Shown in pieces: positions 1 through 11,170 of a stretch of 63,653 nt of DNA. Location: NCBI RefSeq assembly GCF_001194135.2, contig NC_068993.1:47702247-47765899 (forward strand), in the 5' to 3' direction. Made by a program: the position numbers and the translations under genes. Source of the stretch: Octopus bimaculoides (Eukaryota). How positions within the stretch are numbered: position 1 is the first letter of the stretch; each line of letters begins with the position of its first letter. The notes beneath the pieces were generated by a model. The model made no database searches, had not been told where the DNA came from, and saw nothing but the letters and a program-made list of their open reading frames with translations.

Positions 1-424
1 TGTGTGTGTGTGTGTGTGTTTGTGTATCCTGGGTATTTAGTAAATTATCTCGTGAAGAATGATGTCATGCTCATTGTGTCTTCCATCTTGCGCTCTGCCT
101 TTATGCCAAATTTCAGAGATTTTCTGTTTTTGTTCTTTTCTCCACATTGTCATTCTCTAGACTTATGTAGTCTTATTTCAAAACCAGAATACTGTAGAAG
201 TAGTTCCAATTTGTTATCTTGACGTATTTTGTGAAATGTTGCTACATTATTGTTCCTTGGATTACATTTTGTTTCGGCATCTGTAGACTATACCACTACA
301 ATGTGTGTGTATTTTCTAATTATTTTATTCATCTACATATAATCACTTACAAACTTTTAGATACGTACCTATTTTAGAAACAATTGCTGTTGTTGTTCTT
401 ATAGTTGCATGCCTGAAAAGTTAG

Positions 425-540
425 AGCGTTGGACAGAATACTACTGTTAATTCCCCCTGGTTTATTCAGTTCTAAATTTAAGCTCTTGCCATTCATCTCG
501 TCAGGTTAAATAGAATAAAGTACCACAGTAATGGACTTAG
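425..540 (+). mobile_element. Highly decayed fragment of SINE family A
   Basis: TTCAGTTCTAAATT...TTGCCATTCATC...ATAAAGTACCA resembles the B-box/body of the copy at 10048-10265. Confidence 0.4.
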
Positions 541-1636
541 CGACACCTCTAGAAATTGAAAGAACATGAGCTGTGAAAGGGATGTGCTGCTCACATGCAA
601 ATTTGACGTAAGATGGATGCGATTACCAAGCAACGTCCGAATATACATGCCTGCTCTGAGTTTCCGCCTCTTGATTAAAATAGGACATATACGAGTCGGG
701 ACTTGTCTTTGTTGGTCCAGATGACGAAGGCTTTCGTTACTTCCTTAAAGTATATCTAATAGGTAATTCACTCGCATTTAAAGGGAATTTTCTTAGTTGA
801 AATATTAATGTAAGCGTCTCTACTTCCCTTTAGATTTAAAACTTGTCTGTGTTTCATAGTTATGTTCTTGCAATGTCCGTATGTTTGCGTAAGACTCGGT
901 GGCTTATGTCATATTCCTCATTGATGCCCTTTTCACAAATAAAGGAACCCATCATCATCATTATCATCTTCATCATCATCACCACAACCATCATGGCCCA
1001 TCATTAACGTCGCTGTGGTCGTCTTTGCGATTGTTGGTATTATGTTGTTCTTGTTATTATGTTGTGCTTGTTCATTAATTGCAATAATGTTATAAATGTC
1101 ATTAATGAATTTGTAGTTTACAATGGAAGAAGCTGGAGACAAACTACGAGACAGAAGGAAGGGGATTACCGCTGTTGGTTCTTTTTTGTTTTGTTTTGTA
1201 AAGCAAGTGCGACGCTGTCTATTTAGACGTTGAACAATTTCTGATCGATTTAAGAAAGCTTAGTGTCTCCTAAAAAATAGGAAGCGACAAAAACAATGTC
1301 TATTTACTTGTTATATAGTAATATATACTTTATACATTTAATATATAGGTGCATATATAAATGTGTGTGTGTGTGAGTAATATGTGAAAAAATGTGGTAT
1401 TCACTCATATTTCCGGCTACGTATATGTACGTATGTATGTAAGTATGTATGTATGTATGTATGTATGTATGTATGTATATACACACACACACGTATATAC
1501 ACTAATGGTACTTTATATATACACACATATATACACGCAAATAAATGCTTAGTATATGTATGTACGTGTATACATATGTATATACATATATATATTTATG
1601 AATATATATCTACATATATACATATACACACATCCA

Positions 1637-1678
<42 letters not shown>

Positions 1679-1808
1679 CACACACACACACANNNNNNNN
1701 NNNNNNNNNNNNNNNNNNNNNNNNNNNNNNNNNNNNNNNNNNNNNNNNNNNNNNNNNNNNNNNNNNNNNNNNNNNNNNNNNNNNNNNNNNNNNNNNNNNN
1801 NNNNNNTA

Positions 1809-1840
<32 letters not shown>

Positions 1841-2364
1841 CATGTAGATGTGCGTGTGTGTGTCTGTGCGTTTGTGTGCATCTGCGTTTGTGTAGAGAAC
1901 ACACCAATGCGAGTGTGTGCTTCTCTCAGCAATGTTTCTAAATGTATCTCCATTCATCTGAGTCACTCCATGCTCTAATCTGTGTCATGCTTATGCAGCT
2001 CCTCATTAATTATTAATTTAGTCGTTTTTCCTGTGCTTACACTTGTTTCAACTTGAGAACTGAGGCCATGCTGTGATTCCACCGCTTGTTTTGCTACACT
2101 ATCAGTATATCACTACTTGAAACCTTCTCTGATTTGTTGAATGAAGGAGTTTGATGTTGCTGCCCACATTTGCGTTTCCTGCATCGAGGTAGGTTCATTC
2201 GGAGCACTCAACAGGAGATCATGATTTATTTTAAAGACCCCTGCACCCAACGTATGTTGGGAGGATATAAAAGAGCTGTGGCCTCTCGAAATAAATGCTT
2301 AGTACATGTATGCATATACTCATACACACATCCACACACACACATATACATATATATATACATT

Positions 2365-3390
2365 TGTTTGAGTCTAGCTAGACTCAAACGATCCATAATA
2401 GATAAACGCCCTTCCCCATCATGCAACCTTACTAAATCCCAATTCCTGACCTTGCAAAACCTAAGACACAAAAACCTCATCTACCTACTTTCACACAAAG
2501 GGAAAGAATTCTGCATTATAGACAAACCCACTTACAATAAACTAGATTTCGAACGCTTCAGTGACACCACACTATACGAAAAGATTCACAACATCACACC
2601 TCACCGACTGGAGTCAACGATCAACACCAGCTGGAATCTCACCAAAGAAATCTCACTAAGAAGACTAGAATTAACTACACATCTAAAAACACTACCCTTC
2701 CATCCTTCTACCATTTAATAAAAAAACACAAAACCGAACCTAAGCTTAACATTAGACCCATAATATCAGGAATTAACGTTACTTTCTAAAAGATTTCTTG
2801 GCCCCTCTCTAAACACCTCAAGCCCTTACTACACGCATTCCCCTGACACGTCAGCAGCTCCCACAAAATCTTCACAAGACTCAAAGATGCCGACCCCTCC
2901 ATACCTAAAACTAACAAATATCCTTTTAGTTTAGACGTAGTTTCCCTCTACACCTCTGTACCCGCTCTCCTGGGTCGTTGATACCCTCATAGATCCCATC
3001 ACGTCCGTATCTCTCTCACATTTCCTTGCCCCCCCCCCCCNNNNNNNNNNNNNNNNNNAATCTCTCTCCTCATCTCTCCCTCCCTGCCTCCCCTGCAACC
3101 TCCTCCTAACCAACTATCCTTTCATCTTCTCTCACCTCCCGTCCATGATCTTCCAGCTCTTCGGCCTCACACACTCGGACGTACTAGAGTTACTAACCAT
3201 TATATTTGGTAACACCTACTTCCAATATAACCGTGCGATTTACAAACAAAATTCCGGCCTACCTTTGTGATCTGGCTCTTCAGGCCTGCTGGCCATCACG
3301 TACATGGATAAGCTAGAACACACAGCACTCGACACCAGCCACTCATGCATTTTCTTCAGGTACGTTGATGACACCCTTATCATCACATAC
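2365..3390 (+). mobile_element. Penelope-like retroelement reverse transcriptase, decayed
   Basis: Translates to SHKGKEFCIIDK (ORF 2170-2718), NIRPIISG, FSLDVVSLYTSVP (2925-2963), GNTYFQYNRAIYKQNSGLPL*SG and FFRYVDDTLII (YVDD at 3361-3372). It has stops, frameshifts and a C/T-rich interruption around a gap. Confidence 0.85.
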
Positions 3391-3400
3391 TTATAATACT

Positions 3401-3437
<37 letters not shown>

Positions 3438-4144
3438 AATATATATACATGCCTACATACATACAAACACGCACATATGTATATATATATATATGTACAT
3501 ACGCATAGATGTATATGTAGTCAAATCTGTCTCGTTATACATATAATGTATTTGAAATACATATATAAATGTAGGTACGGATAAATATAGATAAGTCTCT
3601 GTAGACATATATATCAACGCACATATATATGTGACATCGCCGAAATTATTGTGATTAAAACCTAAGTATGCACTTGTGTGTAAACAAATATTCATAGCAA
3701 CTCCTACTTTTATACACCCAACAATTTCTAATATAATGTATCTAGATCAAATATACAAAATCTACTATCTTATTCTATAGGTACATTCCGGCAAATTGTT
3801 TCTCGGGGCAACAAGAAGAAAACGAGTTTAAACGAAAGTAAACATATTTTAGGAAGAATATTGTGTACGAAATCGATAGATAGTACTAGTGATTAAAGCA
3901 ACGATTCATACTGGAGCCATTGTAAAAACATTAATAAAGATCAAAGTGAGAGAAAATTATTGAAGTATTTCTCAGTCATCAATTTATTTTTATTTCTGTT
4001 TTGGAAATAATTGATGTAATAATGATAGTAGTTTTACCTGTCGTTTCTCTGGAGTCTTCTTAAACAAAGTCATTATCTTGGTTTACTGAGACACATATCA
4101 GGCATCAAGGTGATTTCATTGGGCTTGGTATTACATATATGCAT

Positions 4145-4213
<69 letters not shown>

Positions 4214-5123
4214 NNNNNNNNNNNNNNNNNNNNNNNNNNNNNNNNNNNNNNNNNNNNNNNNNNNNNNNNNNNNNNNNNNNNNNNNNNNNNNNNNNNNNNN
4301 NNNNNNNNNNNNNNNNNNNNNNNNNNNNNNNNNNNNNNNNNNNNNNNNNNNNNNNNNNNNNNNNNNNNNNNNNNNNNNNNNNNNNNNNNNNNNNNNNNNN
4401 NNNNNNNNNNNNNNNNNNNNNNNNNNNNNNNNNNNNNNNNNNNNNNNNNNNNNNNNNNNNNNNNNNNNNNNNNNNNNNNNNNNNNNNNNNNNNNNNNNNN
4501 NNNNNNNNNNNNNNNNNNNNNNNNNNNNNNNNNNNNNNNNNNNNNNNNNNNNNNNNNNNNNNNNNNNNNNNNNNNNNNNNNNNNNNNNNNNNNNNNNNNN
4601 NNNNNNNNNNNNNNNNNNNNNNNNNNNNNNNNNNNNNNNNNNNNNNNNNNNNNNNNNNNNNNNNNNNNNNNNNNNNNNNNNNNNNNNNNNNNNNNNNNNN
4701 NNNNNNNNNNNNNNNNNNNNNNNNNNNNNNNNNNNNNNNNNNNNNNNNNNNNNNNNNNNNNNNNNNNNNNNNNNNNNNNNNNNNNNNNNNNNNNNNNNNN
4801 NNNNNNNNNNNNNNNNNNNNNNNAGATAGATAGATAGATAGCAACGTAAAAACATTACGGAGGATATATTATAAATAATTAAGATTATTTATGACTATAT
4901 CAATGGCAAAACATTTTATCGTAAACTACAAAGAAGAAAAACGTTTATAATTAAGAACAAATCACAATTATAACTAAGAGGGTTAGAAAACGTTTACATG
5001 TTAAATATATTAACCAAAACCGCTATAAAGCCATTATATTACTCATATTATTTCTCCTCACGATGAACCCTGTCTTCGGGCGACATGGCAAATAGAATCC
5101 ACGACTTGAAAATAACTGGTTAA

Positions 5124-5185
5124 TTCCTTATTGCAATTTCGACGTTAGGGAACTCTTAAGGGACCCATTCGCGTCGTCAGGGGAA
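5124..5185 (-). ncRNA. Candidate degenerate type I hammerhead ribozyme
   Basis: Minus strand reads UUCCC-CUGACGA-[imperfect stem II]-GAAA-U-UGCA-A-UA-AGGAA. Both core boxes and a palindromic stem III (AUUGCAAU) are present; stems I and II are imperfect. Confidence 0.4.
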
Positions 5186-5449
5186 ATATTCCTATAGATA
5201 GAAATCAAATCATGATTTTACCTTGGGGCTAGCATGAATCCCTACCGGCAATAGAAATGTTTCAACCTCTATCTACGCAATCAAGTTTTGAATTCAAATG
5301 CCAAAACAGCGTTTAATGTGAAAAGACCGGTAATTTCAAGCCACAGCGAAATCACCGGATATGAGTTGGGAAATTTTAAATAAGTAAACTTATAGATAGA
5401 CAGATACAAACGTGTTTGTTTGTATGGAAATATATGTATATCTATCTAA

Positions 5450-5501
<52 letters not shown>

Positions 5502-5663
5502 ATATATATATATCTATCTATCTAATTAACATAATATGGTAAAAATTCGATATTAATTAATATCAATTTAATACCAGGAAACNNNNNNNNNNAAGCTCAC
5601 ATTATTTGAGAATTTTTTAAGTGAGCTTCTTCTAGCATACTGACAGACCGGTCACTGGTCAAT

Positions 5664-5697
<34 letters not shown>

Positions 5698-7120
5698 CAT
5701 AAACACGTTTGTATCTGCCTCTTTTTAAGTCTATTCTTTTTATTTATCTCTCTCTTACTTTTGGTCCTCTTCCCCATCATCCTCCTCAACATCATCATAT
5801 TCACCAGCACACTCATCACCACCAATTGTCATCATCACCATCATCATTACCATTATTGTCGTCGTTGTCGTCGTCGTCATCGTTATAATAATTACAGTCG
5901 TCATCACCGGTGCATATGTTTTTATCTCACCGTCTCTCTCTTTCTCCAACCCACCCACCCTCATCTTTTATCTGCCTCCATAGTATCCAGTTGCTAATAA
6001 ATTTACAGGCTGTGATAAATGTGTGTACAGGCAATAGTAATAAGCGACACAACAGGCAGCGAAGACAATGCATCAATTCACTGCTGCTCTACTCCAACAT
6101 TTTACATCAGTATTCATCTGATTGTCAACCACCAATTGTGACTGCTATTTTACGTTGTCCAGCAAATTAGAAAACCTGAAAGTGATTTGCGAACATCTTA
6201 TACGCAAATACACATTCATAATTTCTCACTGTGGACACAGTCATGCTGCTGTGGAATGTTAGGAGGTTTTCTTTTTTAACATTCAGGTTTAAGGTTTCGA
6301 TCGCTATGTACGCAAGACATTGCATTTAAAATTTGTGTTATAGTCTCATTTTTGGAGAACGCCTGTGTTTGCGCATGCATGTATGCATGTGTGCATGCAT
6401 TTATACGTATAGATAGATAAANNNNNNNNNNTGCATTTATACGTATAGATAGATAAATAGATAGATAGAAGCATACATGCATACAGAGTATATGCATAGG
6501 TATAAATACACACACACACACACACATACACACATATATATATATATACGTATAAACATATATTTGTGTATATAGATACGTACATATATGTATGTATGTA
6601 TGTATGTATGTATATATATATATCTGTATATATATATATNNNNNNNNNNNNNNNNNNNNNNNNNNNNNNNNNNNNNNNNNNNNNNNNNNNNNNNNNNNNN
6701 NNNNNNNNNNNNNNNNNNNNNNNNNNNNNNNNNNNNNNNNNNNNNNNNNNNNNNNNNNNNNNNNNNNNNNNNNNNNNNNNNNNNNNNNNNNNNNNNNNNN
6801 NNNNNNNNNNNNNNNNNNNNNNNNNNNNNNNNNNNNNNNNNNNNNNNNNNNNNNNNNNNNNNNNNNNNNNNNNNNNNNNNNNNNNNNNNNNNNNNNNNNN
6901 NNNNNNNNNNNNNNNNNNNNNNNNNNNNNNNNNNNNNNNNNNNNNNNNNNNNNNNNNNNNNNNNNNNNNNNNNNNNNNNNNNNNNNNNNNNNNNNNNNNN
7001 NNNNNNNNNNNNNNNNNNNNNNNNNNNNNNNNNNNNNNNNNNNNNNNNNNNNNNNNNNNNNNNNNNNNNNNNNNNNNNNNNNNNNNNNNNNNNNNNNNNN
7101 NNNNNNNNNNNNNNTATATA

Positions 7121-7155
<35 letters not shown>

Positions 7156-7185
7156 GCAAACATACATACACATATATATACATAT

Positions 7186-7614
7186 AAAGTGTATAATTTT
7201 ATGAATATAATTATAAAATTATAATAAGGGCAATTTCTAGGTAGAAGAAGACGCCAAATGGCTCTAAACTACTTTATCTACCACATACACGCACGCTGAA
7301 AGCGAGGGAATGAAGATAAACTATTTTTGCGAAAGTTTAGCTATATATCGATCGATTTCAGGCTTAGTTATCTTATACACTCCACCAACATGAGTATGAC
7401 ATAACCAAAAGTACATAATTATAAACATACTGAAGTCGATCGATATATAGCTAAACTTTTTCAAACAGTCCTTTTTGTTCGTTCCCTTGCTTTCAGTGCG
7501 TCTATGTGATAGATAATGTATCTTAGAGCCATTTGGCGTCTTCTAGGATGTGGCATTACTTGGTAGTTGGCCTTACCATAATTTTATAATTATATTTATA
7601 AAGTTATATACTTT
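7186..7614. mobile_element. Foldback/MITE-like element with ~180-bp inverted arms and ~70-bp spacer
   Basis: Arms 7186-7361 and 7430-7614 are reverse complements, with perfect blocks at 7246-7267/7523-7544 (22 bp) and 7332-7355/7436-7459 (24 bp). No ORF. Confidence 0.85.
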
Positions 7615-7718
7615 GTATTATTTTTTACATTAATTGATTTTTACATGCTAATTATTTGATAAAATCCTATACAAATTATATTTGTATCCTTAATTTTAAT
7701 TTTTATATAAAAATGCAT

Positions 7719-7793
<75 letters not shown>
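7719..7793. repeat. (GATA)n microsatellite
   Basis: Direct reading. Confidence 0.95.
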
Positions 7794-8129
7794 TGGCAAA
7801 TGAAAGACAGAAGATGGAATATACGAGAATTTATTAATTATGACAATTATTTCGACACATCTAGTATAGATCCCTCATATGTGAGACACCCAGCAACTGG
7901 TTCAGGAGCATCCGGTGATGCAGATGTATCTCATTGGGTGATAAATAGATACACCTTTTTAAAATACATAGACACATCGTCTTCTTTCTCTCTGTCTCAC
8001 TCTTATTCTTATGCACACAGATACGCTCATTCAGACAGAAGGACATTGCATTAGCGATTCCACGCCTGAGATCTGATATATAGTTTGGTAGAGACGTATT
8101 AACCGAAACATTATACATAGATACATACA

Positions 8130-8262
8130 TGCGACGGGATGCTGAAAAGTTCCTGGCTTTAAGGGTATCGAGAAAAGTCTGGTTTGAGGCCCAACATTCC
8201 AACTTGATTTACAGGGCTTAGTAAAACTGAGGGACCGGTATAACGAGTGCCTGTTGTTATAC
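8130..8262 (+). mobile_element. Mariner-type non-autonomous element, terminal fragment
   Basis: Begins CGACGGGATGCTGAAAAGTTCCTGGCTTT, which resembles mariner TIRs of the TACGAGGG...AAAAGTTCC type (from recall). The other end is absent. Confidence 0.5.
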
Positions 8263-8307
8263 TCGTAAAATTGCGAGAAGGTTTATGTGTCTGTTGTTGG
8301 TGTTGTT

Positions 8308-8571
8308 AAAATAAAATAAATAAATGCGCCCCTTTAAAGCCTTGCCAGGCTCATGGACCCGGTTTCCCGGTTTCTATGGCGTATGTATTCCCCAGCTGGA
8401 CGGGACGCCAGTCCATCGCAGCATTTACTCATTTTTGCCAGCTGAGTGGACTGGAACAACGTGAAATGAAGTGTTTTGCTCAAGAACATAACCCGCCGCC
8501 CGGTCCAGGAATCGAAACCACAATCTAACGATCATGATGCCGTTACCCTAACCTCTAAGCCACGCGCCTCC
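8308..8571 (-). mobile_element. tRNA-derived SINE family C, full length, with TSD
   Basis: Minus-strand head has an A box (TGGCTTAGAGG) and B box (GGTTTCGATTCC), a GCGATGGACTGGCGTCCCGTCCAG core and a (TTTA)n tail. It is flanked by TGTTGGTGTTGTT (8295-8307) and TATTGGTGTTATT (8572-8584), 11/13 identical. Confidence 0.9.
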
Positions 8572-8891
8572 TATTGGTGTTATTGTTTAGCCTTAAATCA
8601 GCTCTAGAATGTGATCATAAATGTGTTTGACTGATAATGTATTTAGCTGAAACTTAACATTTTCCACCATAACTTGCCATCTGACGGAACGAATGGGGAA
8701 TGAAAACTCCGAGTAATCGCAGAAATTAGCCGAATAAACCTTGCAGTTATTTAGTATGCTTTAATCCATTTGTTTTCATATGTGACCTCTCCCTCCCGTT
8801 GTCTACATGTCTCTCTCCCACCATATCTCTCGTTCTCATCCTCTGTCTCTCTTTCTGTCTGTTTTGTCAGTCTATCTGTTTCTCTGTTTCC

Positions 8892-8949
<58 letters not shown>

Positions 8950-10047
8950 NNNNNNNNNNNNNNNNNNNNNNNNNNNNNNNNNNNNNNNNNNNNNNNNNNN
9001 NNNNNNNNNNNNNNNNNNNNNNNNNNNNNNNNNNNNNNNNNNNNNNNNNNNNNNNNNNNNNNNNNNNNNNNNNNNNNNNNNNNNNNNNNNNNNNNNNNNN
9101 NNNNNNNNNNNNNNNNNNNNNNNNNNNNNNNNNNNNNNNNNNNNNNNNNNNNNNNNNNNNNNNNNNNNNNNNNNNNNNNNNNNNNNNNNNNNNNNNNNNN
9201 NNNNNNNNNNNNNNNNNNNNNNNNNNNNNNNNNNNNNNNNNNNNNNNNNNNNNNNNNNNNNNNNNNNNNNNNNNNNNNNNNNNNNNNNNNNNNNNNNNNN
9301 NNNNNNNNNNNNNNNNNNNNNNNNNNNNNNNNNNNNNNNNNNNNNNNNNNNNNNNNNNNNNNNNNNNNNNNNNNNNNNNNNNNTATATATATATATATGT
9401 ATATACATGGATGTATATGTATATATCATTATGTATGTGTCTGTTTGTGTATGTGCGTGTGTGTGTGTGTGTAAACACCCTTTAGAACAGATATTCAATA
9501 TGCTTCATCAATTTTCAGAATCTTCAGCAGTTTATAGAGAGGTAATAAAATAGAAACGGCAATATTATTAGATATATAAAATTCTTTGATTTATGAAATT
9601 AAATAAACAATTATTGACATGAAGTCTATACGTGTCATAAACCATATTAGATGTTAAAGTTATATTTTATGTGTTATCCCTTTATGGAAAATCTTTAATA
9701 AGAGAAATACATCCTCTTATAGTCGTAGACAACCGATAAAATATATAATTGCTTTGTGACACGACAATATTGTACATATATATTTAAAATATGCCTGCAT
9801 ATAAGAGAATCATATCTAACGAAGTCGAGATGATTAAATAGATAGACTTGAAAGTATATTGCAGCTATGTAACCAAGGCTGATCATGTATATTGCAGTAT
9901 ATTTCAGGTACGTAACTAAGACTAATTTAATAATCTATTTAAAACAAACGATTTTGTGGATGGCTAAAGCATTTATAGAGATGCCTTTGGCGAGCCTAAG
10001 AAAACTGAAAATGTGCTTACAACTGTTCCTAATTTTCTATCTACAAC

Positions 10048-10265
10048 GCGGTGAGCTGGCAGAAATGTTAGCAAGCCGGGTGAAATGCTTAGCGGTATTT
10101 CATCTGCGTTTACGTTCTGAGTTCAAATCCCGCCGCGGTCAACTTTGCCTTTCTTCCTTTCGGGGTCGATAAAATTAAGTACAAGTTGCGTACTAGGGTC
10201 AATCTAATCAACTGGGCCCCTTCCCAAAAATTTCGGGCCTTGTGCCTAGAGTAGAAAAGAATATT
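10048..10265 (+). mobile_element. tRNA-derived SINE family A, full length
   Basis: GGTGAGCTGGCAGAA (A box)...GAGTTCAAATC (B box)...GGGGTCGATAAAATTAAGTAC...CCTTGTGCCTAGAGTAGAAAAGAAT. About 11 related copies lie in the window. Confidence 0.9.
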
Positions 10266-10559
10266 CTGTTTAGCTGTTTAGAAAATTGTTAAAATTCGCT
10301 CATTGGTCAATCGAGATTAATTTAGATCCTAATGCTAGTGAGATGTTAGGGCAGCAAGCTGACGGTATCATTAGCGACTTGGACAAAATGTATAATATTC
10401 TGACATCAAAACACGCTGAGGTCGACTCCGCCGTTTATGATTTCGTGGTCGGCAAAATAAATACCAGTGCTGGTTATAATTTCTGAAGAATATCTGTAGA
10501 GATAACCTCAGCAAGTGATTATAACCGGTGTTCCGTGGAAAAGTGTCTCCGGAAAGTGG

Positions 10560-11170
10560 TCATTGCTGTATTGGAGAGCAGAAAGGATTGACAGAAGTGA
10601 AAAGACCAGTGTGTTGGGGTTGCCCAATAGTTGGAGGCGGGAGACAAGCCGCCTCCAAATGTAACAGCCATGAAACGTTGTGAGCGTTGAAGACAGTGAT
10701 GGTGATAAATGAGGAAAAGATAATGGTTGGAAAGATGTTTTTCAGTGTGGAAAGAGATAAGGTCAAAAGAATGCTAGTACTTTGTGGAGTTCGAGGACCA
10801 AAAGATGTGACAGGTATATTTGGCAAAAGAGAGCGCAAACCATCCAGACATAGAGACCTTGAAATCGTTGGTGCTCAAATCCAGGTGATAGCAGGCGAGG
10901 GGGGAAGATGGGGATGGTAAGACGGAAGAGCAGGAGAGAATGAGAGTTGAGTCATCGCAACTTGAAGACTACTTTTTGGAGAGAAATTTGAGCAGCCAGT
11001 TTATCGTGGACAGTAAAAGATAGATTGTGAATAGGGATTGAGAAATTTGGGTCTTAGAGTAAAATATGATGCGCAGTTAGCTTGTATAGAAGAAGCAATG
11101 TGCAGGCTCAAGTTTTTAGAAAAGAGTTGTGTTGTTTGAGAAGATGGACGCTTGACATACAGCGATTGTA
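10560..11170 (-). mobile_element. Possible very decayed Penelope-like RT remnant
   Basis: Minus-strand frames give PTISRSLCLDGLRSLLPNIP and HHCLQRSQRFMAVTFG, loosely like PLE RT motifs (YPTI..GL..L; HYLQ..G.AMG). No YxDD was found. Confidence 0.3.

Noticed and set aside
5050-5095. Plus-strand hammerhead-like remnant (CACGATGAACCC...GGGCGACATGGCAAATA)
   Set aside because: Both core boxes are mutated and it is indistinguishable from chance.
6396-6457. 26-bp exact duplication
   Set aside because: The copies sit on either side of a 10-N gap, typical of a contig-overlap artefact.
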